Position numbers and translations under genes: made by a program | IMG/VR virus record: IMGVR_UViG_3300030419_006105 | Location: 1 to 64,000 of that record | Source of the DNA: a virus | DNA: 64,000 bases | Reading direction: 5' to 3' (one strand) | Shown: positions 48,337-56,223 of the stretch, one piece after another | How positions within the stretch are numbered: the first letter of the stretch is position 1 | How the letters are laid out: each line of letters starts with the position of its first letter | The notes under the pieces: generated by a model | What the model was told of the DNA's origin: nothing | The model's database searches: none | What the model saw: the letters and a program-made list of their open reading frames with translations, nothing else

Positions 48337-48796
48337 CTGCGTTATTCTGCCAAAACTCTGTATAATTAGTTATAATATATTTGTTAGCATAACGCAAGTA
48401 ATTTTTAAATCGGAAATAATGTGACATTGTAGTTGGAAATAAAATAAAACTACCCCTCCTTGTCACTTTGATAACAAGAAACCAACAACTACCACTCTCT
48501 GCTTGCTTGATCCATTTATTAAGAGTTTTATTATCGGTAAACAATTGATGAAAATCAAATGATTTATAACTTTTACACTCGATTTTAAATTTCGATAAAC
48601 ACGGTGGTACCATGATATCTCCATCCATCATCCGTTTTTGATCTTCCGTTAGTTTATCAAGTCTGTGAAGATTAGCGCCTCCAGTATAGGCTCCGGAATT
48701 TGGAACTCTAATAAAATTTTCATTAAACGTTTCACTTAAATCTTTTGCAACTTCGCGTTCCCAAGCGTTACCTTTTTGTTTCGCTGCGCTAGGCAT
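48293..48796 (-). CDS. Holliday junction resolvase-like PD-(D/E)XK nuclease
   Basis: KG.AWEREVA, R.P.SGA, GDI, IECKSY, W..Q. Confidence 0.8.
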   Translation of the reverse strand: MPSAAKQKGNAWEREVAKDLSETFNENFIRVPNSGAYTGGANLHRLDKLTEDQKRMMDGDIMVPPCLSKFKIECKSYKSFDFHQLFTDNKTLNKWIKQAESGSCWFLVIKVTRRGSFILFPTTMSHYFRFKNYLRYANKYIITNYTEFWQNNADALRRINENTGIKL

Positions 48797-48809
48797 ATAT
48801 ATTTACTTA

Positions 48810-49736
48810 TCACTTAACCAGATCTTGCAAGTTAATAGCTTGCTTAACTGCATCTTTCGGAATTTGAGCTGTCCAATAATTACCTTCATCAGCAGGTTGT
48901 AATTCAGGTAATTTATCTCTATCTAATATAAGTAAATAACCTCTACCGGTTTCTTTATATACATGAAATGCAAATCTACCAGCTAATTGAATATCATCCG
49001 AAACATACGAACCAGTAATACCTTTGCGCGTATTACCAGCTCCACGTGAAACAACAAAACCATGTTTAATTAAATTTTTGTATTCCGCAGAAGAAATCCC
49101 GCGATAGACTTCGCTAGGGTCGTTTTGTAGTTTAGCAATTTTAGCAACGATATTTTCGTGTTCTTCTCCTTCTGGTGGGAATAAAAGGTAGTCATATATA
49201 CTTTTTTCGTTAATTGTAAAATTTTTAATAATACCATGATATTCAAATGTACTATCATCATCAATTACATTTTCGTCATTATGTAATTTGTTTAAATTTA
49301 AATTATTAATAGGGATAGATAAAATAACAATTTGATCTAACCAAGAATCCGGAACTACATCGTTTGTTTCTGCGTAACTATAAGCAACGTCAGGATCTTT
49401 AGCTAGATAAACTACCCCAGGCTTACTATCTTCCCAATTAGTCTGGGCTCCAGATCCTCCTAAACCATTTTTTTGTATACTCTTTAATAACGGTTTATAC
49501 GTTGCGTGATATAAAATGTCATTACTTTCGTTTAGTTTTTTTTTACGCTTTTTAGTTTTAACTTTACCTTGTCGCTTTATTGTAACACCTAAAACCTTAG
49601 GTATTCTATTATCTCCTGGTGCATAAGTATCAGTAGCTTCATAATCTCCTCCACCTTGTCCTCCACCAGCAGCCATTCCTGCAGAAGCTGTAGTATTATC
49701 CGTTAAATACTGTTTAACTGCTTCATCGAATTTCAT
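48810..49736 (-). CDS. Late protein: capsid N-arm-like peptide, basic patch and two ADP-ribosyltransferase-like domains
   Basis: Residues 25-55 match gp23 residues 80-110; LYHAT...GL...VYLA...FEY domain; VYRG...YVS domain; TAAATA-N6-ATG. Confidence 0.6.
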   Translation of the reverse strand: MKFDEAVKQYLTDNTTASAGMAAGGGQGGGDYEATDTYAPGDNRIPKVLGVTIKRQGKVKTKKRKKKLNESNDILYHATYKPLLKSIQKNGLGGSGAQTNWEDSKPGVVYLAKDPDVAYSYAETNDVVPDSWLDQIVILSIPINNLNLNKLHNDENVIDDDSTFEYHGIIKNFTINEKSIYDYLLFPPEGEEHENIVAKIAKLQNDPSEVYRGISSAEYKNLIKHGFVVSRGAGNTRKGITGSYVSDDIQLAGRFAFHVYKETGRGYLLILDRDKLPELQPADEGNYWTAQIPKDAVKQAINLQDLVK

Positions 49737-49800
49737 TATAATTATTTATCTCTATCTTTACAATTAGTTGCACTTACGAGGATATAACTATAATAAATAT

Positions 49801-50205
49801 ATGGATGTTAGTGAGATTATTAATCAATATCTTGAAGAAGCTAATATAGATACAGATTTAGATCGATTAGAAGTTGTTACTACTCAGGAAAGATTAGTAA
49901 ATAATAAACATAAATGGTCAGCTCGATTAATAAATCATAAAATTAATTTAAATAATTTTAAGTTAAAGAGAACTTCTATTCTTGAGGAAAAAATTACCGA
50001 ATTTCAAAATACAGAACCCGTAAAAGTTAATAGATCAATAGCAGAAAAAGCTGTTCAAAATAAAAAAGAAATTAGAGTTTTAGATTTAAAAATTAAAAAT
50101 GAACAACTAATTATTGACTACCTAGAAAACATCTACAAAAATATAAGTTTCGCTACTAATGATATTAAAAATTTAGTAGAACTTATGAAGCTTGAAACAC
50201 AATGA
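49801..50205 (+). CDS. uvsY: Recombination mediator UvsY-like protein
   Basis: Helical, HKW, YLE...K......DIKN.VE..KLE; directly upstream of uvsW; start set at ATG 49801. Confidence 0.75.
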   Translation: MDVSEIINQYLEEANIDTDLDRLEVVTTQERLVNNKHKWSARLINHKINLNNFKLKRTSILEEKITEFQNTEPVKVNRSIAEKAVQNKKEIRVLDLKIKNEQLIIDYLENIYKNISFATNDIKNLVELMKLETQ

Positions 50206-51641
50206 TTAATATTAAATTTAATTCTTCTTCTCATGCTGTTATTGACGGACCTGAGCTTGATATTATACGTGAACATTTTAGCGTAAAAAATGACGCTGTA
50301 CATTTTCAGCGTCGTTACGGAAGATTTGTTCCTCCAAGAACATATGTTATCACTAATCAAGGGAAAGTAGAAATAGGTCTAATAGAAGAAATAATAAAAT
50401 TTTGTTTACAAAAACAGATAAAATTTGAATTACAAAAAGAAATAAAAGAAATACTTTATCCATCTTTATCTAAAAAACATACAACACCATATGATTTAAA
50501 ATTAAAATTAAGAGACTATCAACAAGAAATAATTGAAAAATGTATTAATGCTGGACGTGGTACAGTAGTCTTAGCAACCGCTGGAGGTAAAACTCTTACT
50601 ATGGCTAGTCTTTTAGAATTTTATTACAAAAATTATAGTAAAAATTTTAAATGTTTAATTATTGTTCCTGATTTAGGTCTAGTAAATCAAACAAATGGAG
50701 ATTTTAAAGAATATGGTACATCGTTTACAACATCAAAATGGACAGGTAAAAACGAATTAGATTTATCTTCTAATGTTGTGGTAGCGAATTTAGGTATTTT
50801 ACAAAGTTCAAAACAATCTATAGATTGGATTAAACATATAGATCTTCTTATTATTGACGAAGTACATAAATTAAGAAGAGGAAATAAAGTAAATAAAATT
50901 TTAAAAAACGTAAACACTAATAATCGATTTGGATTCACTGGGACATTACCACCAGATAATTTAGATAAATGGAATATTTTTGGTAAAATAGGTCCTCAGT
51001 TGTTTGAAAAAAAAGCTCATGAGCTAAGAAAGGATAATTATGTAGCACCAGCTAAAGTTCATGTATTAGAATTAAATTATAACACTCCATGTGAGCAAAT
51101 ATATCATGGAAACAATAGTAATGCTTATTATCTACAGGAAAATGAATTTATACGTAGTAGTGAATATAGAAATAATTTAATTGCTAAATTATGCAATAAG
51201 CTTGACAATAACGGATTAATATTAGTCGACTATATTGAACATGGAGAACTTTTGTTAGAAGCTCTCCAAGGAATTTGCAAGTATAAAGATGTATATTTTA
51301 TACAAGGTAGTGTAGATACAGATCAACGTAAAGATATACAAGACTATATGGAGGCACAAAAGAATGTAGTTGTAATTGCTATTTCAAAAATATTTTCTAC
51401 AGGTATTAATATTAAGAATTTACACTACATTATATTTGGTGGTGGTGGAAAAGCTAAAATAAAAATAATACAGAGCATAGGTCGAGGCCTACGCTTGCAT
51501 ATTGATAAAGAAGAGCTTATAATCTTTGATATAGCTGATAACTTACGATATGGTCAACGTCATGTAGAACAAAGATTATCATTATATGACAGTGAACATA
51601 TAGAATATACATTTACACAATTTAATGAAACAAAAAAATAA
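50202..51641 (+). CDS. uvsW: UvsW-like SF2 DNA helicase
   Basis: LRDYQ, ATAGGKT, DEVH, GFTGT, FSTGINIKNLH, QSIGRGLR. Confidence 0.93.
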   Translation: MINIKFNSSSHAVIDGPELDIIREHFSVKNDAVHFQRRYGRFVPPRTYVITNQGKVEIGLIEEIIKFCLQKQIKFELQKEIKEILYPSLSKKHTTPYDLKLKLRDYQQEIIEKCINAGRGTVVLATAGGKTLTMASLLEFYYKNYSKNFKCLIIVPDLGLVNQTNGDFKEYGTSFTTSKWTGKNELDLSSNVVVANLGILQSSKQSIDWIKHIDLLIIDEVHKLRRGNKVNKILKNVNTNNRFGFTGTLPPDNLDKWNIFGKIGPQLFEKKAHELRKDNYVAPAKVHVLELNYNTPCEQIYHGNNSNAYYLQENEFIRSSEYRNNLIAKLCNKLDNNGLILVDYIEHGELLLEALQGICKYKDVYFIQGSVDTDQRKDIQDYMEAQKNVVVIAISKIFSTGINIKNLHYIIFGGGGKAKIKIIQSIGRGLRLHIDKEELIIFDIADNLRYGQRHVEQRLSLYDSEHIEYTFTQFNETKK

Positions 51642-52065
51642 AAAGAAAAACAAAAAGACTTATTATGTTAGTCCAAAAGAGTTTTTACAACTATTAAAAA
51701 ATTATTATGAAACAGATGATTTAGTAGATGAACTAGCAGAAGCTACATATAAAATTGCTGTTGGTTTAAGTTATTCACCTAATTTCATAAATTATAGCTA
51801 CAAAGATGAAATGATTGGTGATGCTATAGTAAAAATGATAGCAGCTGTTAAAAATAAAAAATTTAATCTTGAATCTACATCGAATCCGTTTTCTTATTTT
51901 ACTACAATTGCATATCACGCTTTTATTAATAGAATAAAAAAAGAAAAAAAGTATAGAGAAACTATTAATTCTTACCAAGAGCAATTATATAGCGATTTAG
52001 ATATAACCGATAGTACTCCAAGTAAAGCTCCTCAAAAGGATTACGATAAAGAATTATACACATAA
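51625..52065 (+). CDS. gp55: Late transcription sigma factor (gp55-like)
   Basis: YV..KEF, IA.GLS..PNF.NYSY.DEMI.D, NPFSYFTTIAY.AFI.RIKKEKK. Confidence 0.93.
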   Translation: MKQKNKKKNKKTYYVSPKEFLQLLKNYYETDDLVDELAEATYKIAVGLSYSPNFINYSYKDEMIGDAIVKMIAAVKNKKFNLESTSNPFSYFTTIAYHAFINRIKKEKKYRETINSYQEQLYSDLDITDSTPSKAPQKDYDKELYT

Positions 52066-53111
52066 TGTCATCTGACATCCATAAAATTGGTTTTTTTACT
52101 GATTTACATTTAGGCCAGCATCAAAATAGTGAAAAATGGCATGATGTAGCGTATAAATGGGCAAAATGGTATACTAAAGAGCTAAAAAGTAAAAAAATCA
52201 GTAAAATAATTTTTGGAGGGGATTTATTTCATTATAGAGACGAAATAAATGTTAAAACTTTATTTTTTGCAAATAAATTATTAGATTTATTTAATGATTT
52301 TGAAATATTAATGATTCCAGGTAATCATGATGCATATTATAAAGATAATTCAACAGTTCATTCATTATCAATTTTAAGTAATAGACACAATATAACTATT
52401 TTTGATAAACCTCATGTCGAAAATATATGTGGAAAACAAGTAGGATTTTGCCCATGGGGTACAGAGCCAAAAGATATACCCGAGAATTGCGATTTAATAG
52501 TCGGTCATTTTGAGTTACAAAACTTTAGCTTTAATTCTTTTAAGGTTTGTGAATCTGGAATGACATCAGATGATGTTTTAGCTAGATCTAACCTAATATT
52601 TTCAGGTCATTTTCATAAAAGACAGCATCGAAAGTATGATAACGGAGAAATTATATTTGCTGGTAATCCATTTGAAATGGACTTTAATGATATTAATGAT
52701 CAAAAGGGTTATTATATATTAGATTTTAAATCTGACGATATAAAATATAAATTTTATAAAAATGAAGTTTCTCCAGTTCATATAAAGGTAACATTATCAA
52801 ATTTAGAAAAACTTAAAGAAATAGCATCTAAAAAAGGGTGGTCAAACTTAGCAGTAAAGATTGTAATTGATAAAGATATAAAATCTAATTTATTAGATAA
52901 AATTATCTCATCGATAAATTTTGAAGCTCCTTTTTCATTGACTACTGATTATTTAAATCAATTTAGTATAGGAGATAAATTAAACATAACTAATGAGTTC
53001 GGTGACTTGAATGTCAAACAATGTATTATAGAATACATAGAGTCTTTAGATATTGACAACAAAACAGAAGTAATAAGACGAACTGTACAGTTATATAATA
53101 ATTTTTCATGA
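52065..53111 (+). CDS. gp47: Recombination endonuclease subunit (gp47, Mre11-like)
   Basis: DLHLG, GDLFH, GNHD, GHFE, SGHFH, GNP. Confidence 0.93.
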   Translation: MSSDIHKIGFFTDLHLGQHQNSEKWHDVAYKWAKWYTKELKSKKISKIIFGGDLFHYRDEINVKTLFFANKLLDLFNDFEILMIPGNHDAYYKDNSTVHSLSILSNRHNITIFDKPHVENICGKQVGFCPWGTEPKDIPENCDLIVGHFELQNFSFNSFKVCESGMTSDDVLARSNLIFSGHFHKRQHRKYDNGEIIFAGNPFEMDFNDINDQKGYYILDFKSDDIKYKFYKNEVSPVHIKVTLSNLEKLKEIASKKGWSNLAVKIVIDKDIKSNLLDKIISSINFEAPFSLTTDYLNQFSIGDKLNITNEFGDLNVKQCIIEYIESLDIDNKTEVIRRTVQLYNNFS

Positions 53112-54934
53112 AGTATGTAGATTTTAACTCGGTGAAAATCCGTAATTTTCTTTCTATTGGATCAAAGCCGGTGGAAATTGACTTTAGATACGGTTTAAAC
53201 ATTATTACTGGTGTTAATAAGGATAAAGAAGATAGAAGAAACGGGGTTGGTAAGTCGACAGTAGCTGATGCCATACATTTTGCTATTTTTGGAGAGACTA
53301 TTCGTGAACTATCAAAAGATTTTATTGTAAATTCTATTAATAAGAAAAATACATACGTAGAATTAAATTTTTCTATAAATGAAAATAATAAAATACAAAA
53401 CTACAAAATAGTTCGCAAACTTAAACCTACAAAATGTTATCTATATGTTAATGATGTAGATTTAACAGAGAGTACTATACCTAACACAAATAAAAAGATA
53501 AAAAATCTATTAAATAGCTCTCCTGAGGTATTTCAAAACTGTGTTATTATGTCTCTTAATACAACCTTACCATTTATGGCACAGCGTAAGGTAGAAAAGA
53601 GAAAATTTATAGAAGGTATACTTAATTTAGAAATATTTTCTGAAATGTTACTATCAGCTCGTGCTGAATACAACGAAGTACAAAAAAAGTACGAACATAT
53701 TACTAAGGATTATGATCACGCAAATAATATATGTAAATTATTAAATGATCAAAAGGAAAATATAGTTAAGACTGTAAAAGAGCAAAGAAAGAAAATATTA
53801 TCTCGCATTGATATTATTAACACAGAAATAGAAGAGAATAAATCTAAAATACAAAATATTAATAAAGAATTATTTGAAAAAAGTAAAAGTAAATTTAAAG
53901 TTATAACTGAGAAAATTACTGACATATCAACCCAACTTTCTAATGTAAAAACTAAAATTACAAGACATGAAACTGAAATAGATTTTCATACTAAAAAGCT
54001 TGATGCTATTGGTACATCAAAAGATGTATGTCCTACATGTTTACATCAAATTACAAGTAATGATAGAGATCATATTAAAAATGAAAAAAATATTATAGAG
54101 AAAGATATTAAAAACTGTAAAGAGGATATAGAAAGTTTAAATAAACAAATTACTAATATAAGAGAATTAAAACAAAATAATTTAAACGCACAAAAACAAA
54201 TTAATGAATATATTTCTAATATTAAAGCTGTAAACAATAATAATAAATTAGCAAAAACATATATTGTAAATTTAAATAAAGACTTAGAAAAAAATAATAA
54301 AGAACTTAAAGAATTACAAGATAGAGAGACAAGTTTAGAGATAAAAGAACTAGATAATAAAATTAATATTAATCTTAAAGAAGTACAACAATTAGAAAAA
54401 GATTCTACTAGTATTCACAATGACTTATCTATGTTAGAAGTTGTAAAATATATTTTATCAGAAGAGGGAGTTAAGTCATTTATTGTTAAAAAGATATTAG
54501 ATGTTCTTAATAACAGATTATTGTACTATTTACAGAAAATGGATGCAAATTGTGTTTGTAGATTTAACGAATACTTTGAAGAAGAAATTGTAAACGAAAA
54601 AGGAGAGAGTTGTTCTTACTTTAATTTTTCTGGTGCTGAAAGAAAGAATATTGACTTAGCTATATTATTTACATTTATGGATATTAGAAGACTTCAAGGA
54701 GACATTGCATATAATTTAGTTATGTTTGATGAATTGCTTGATAGTTCTTTAGATGAAAAAGGTGTTGAATTAGTTCTTAATATAATAAAAGAAAGAGTAG
54801 AGACATATAATGAGAGTATTTATATTATTTCTCATAGAAAGGAATCAGTAAAAGCTGCCACTGGTGATGTAGTAGTACTAGAAAAGAAAAACGGTATAAC
54901 TACAAGAGTTGACTTTACTAATAAATCTGAATAA
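53108..54934 (+). CDS. gp46: Recombination ATPase subunit (gp46, Rad50-like)
   Basis: NFLSIG, NGVGKST, CPTC zinc hook, FSGAE, FDELLD, ISH. Confidence 0.95.
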   Translation: MKYVDFNSVKIRNFLSIGSKPVEIDFRYGLNIITGVNKDKEDRRNGVGKSTVADAIHFAIFGETIRELSKDFIVNSINKKNTYVELNFSINENNKIQNYKIVRKLKPTKCYLYVNDVDLTESTIPNTNKKIKNLLNSSPEVFQNCVIMSLNTTLPFMAQRKVEKRKFIEGILNLEIFSEMLLSARAEYNEVQKKYEHITKDYDHANNICKLLNDQKENIVKTVKEQRKKILSRIDIINTEIEENKSKIQNINKELFEKSKSKFKVITEKITDISTQLSNVKTKITRHETEIDFHTKKLDAIGTSKDVCPTCLHQITSNDRDHIKNEKNIIEKDIKNCKEDIESLNKQITNIRELKQNNLNAQKQINEYISNIKAVNNNNKLAKTYIVNLNKDLEKNNKELKELQDRETSLEIKELDNKININLKEVQQLEKDSTSIHNDLSMLEVVKYILSEEGVKSFIVKKILDVLNNRLLYYLQKMDANCVCRFNEYFEEEIVNEKGESCSYFNFSGAERKNIDLAILFTFMDIRRLQGDIAYNLVMFDELLDSSLDEKGVELVLNIIKERVETYNESIYIISHRKESVKAATGDVVVLEKKNGITTRVDFTNKSE

Positions 54935-54943
54935 ATCTATATA

Positions 54944-56191
54944 ATGCTTACCCCTTTTCGACAAGCTCATGTACCATTTAGCAACGTTACTCCTAACAAT
55001 CCGTTAATGGCAGGAGTAGTTCAACCACAAGCATTAGGTCACCGACCACAAAAAAAAATTACTGCTGATGCTCACACACATTCTGCCCCAGATTTACCTC
55101 GAGGTATAAACTTTTATGCTGACTATTCAGGTTGTGGTCATTGGAGAATGATATGGCCAGAATTATTACTCAACTGTTACGGTAAAGCTAACGTACAAGG
55201 TGGTACAGTAATGATTGGTGATAAAAATTTTTATAAAGATATAAAGACCATACGTATACAGAGACAGGCGACTAATTCTCAATTAAGTTATATTAAATGG
55301 CTTAAAACTATACAAGCAGAAATGAAATTTAAAATCGTTTATGAAATTGACGATTTAATTTTTAGTGAAGATATACCGCAGTATAATAAATTTAGATTTG
55401 CATTTGAAGACTCAAGCATTAGAAAAACTAGCATGGAAATCATGCAGATTTGTGACGAAATTACAGTTACAAATCAATTCATGAAAGATTACTATATAGA
55501 AAAAACCGGGAACAAAAATGTAACTGTTATTCCTAATTTTATTCCAAGATTTTGGATGGATAGATATTTTGACTCTAATAGTATAAGAGAAAATTATCAA
55601 AAATTTAAAGGTAAGCCTCGTGTTGTATATTGTGGTAGTGGAGCTCATTTTGACGTTGAAAATAAAATTGGACAAAAGGATGATTTTTTTCATGTTAATG
55701 ATATTATTCGTCAAACCGTAAATGATTTTCAATGGGTTTTTGTAGGTGGTTTTCCTTTAACTTTACGAGATTTAATACAGCAAAAAAAGATTGAATACCA
55801 TGAATGGTCTAATTTAGTCGATTATCCTGCTTATATTAGTAAGCTAAAACCAACAGTTTTTTACGCTCCACTGGAAGATAGTAATTTTAATAGAGCTAAA
55901 AGTGATTTAAAATTTATTGAAGCTTGTGCATTTGGTATTCCAAGTATTTGTCAGGATTTATGTACATATGAAACTGCATTTCATAAGTTTAAGACTGGAG
56001 ATGATTTAATTAATAAAATTAAATTAATTACCGGAGATACAAAAAAATATTATAAAGAAGTTAAAAGAGCTAGAGATTATATGAATAAAAGATGGATGGA
56101 AGATAATATTGACCATTACACTGAACTTTATTCCCTTCCATATGCAGATCCAAACCGAAAATTACTCAATCTCCAAAACGGAATTAGTTGA
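54944..56191 (+). CDS. GT-B glycosyltransferase-like protein in the replication module
   Basis: SGCGHWR, QRQ, YEIDD, PNF, APL....FN.AKSDLK.IE....G. Confidence 0.75.
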   Translation: MLTPFRQAHVPFSNVTPNNPLMAGVVQPQALGHRPQKKITADAHTHSAPDLPRGINFYADYSGCGHWRMIWPELLLNCYGKANVQGGTVMIGDKNFYKDIKTIRIQRQATNSQLSYIKWLKTIQAEMKFKIVYEIDDLIFSEDIPQYNKFRFAFEDSSIRKTSMEIMQICDEITVTNQFMKDYYIEKTGNKNVTVIPNFIPRFWMDRYFDSNSIRENYQKFKGKPRVVYCGSGAHFDVENKIGQKDDFFHVNDIIRQTVNDFQWVFVGGFPLTLRDLIQQKKIEYHEWSNLVDYPAYISKLKPTVFYAPLEDSNFNRAKSDLKFIEACAFGIPSICQDLCTYETAFHKFKTGDDLINKIKLITGDTKKYYKEVKRARDYMNKRWMEDNIDHYTELYSLPYADPNRKLLNLQNGIS

Positions 56192-56216
56192 TTTATTTTT
56201 AAATTTTTCGTATACT
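56188..56216 (+). promoter_or_regulatory. Sigma70-type promoter for gp43
   Basis: TTGATT-N17-TATACT-N7-GTG(56224). Confidence 0.65.
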
Positions 56217-56223
56217 TAATAAA

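Noticed and set aside
49768-49800. ORF-track TTG start for uvsY (and the 17035 start for the DUF366-like gene)
   Set aside because: These extensions coincide with promoter -35/-10 motifs; downstream ATGs at 49801 and 17008 fit the window-wide spacing
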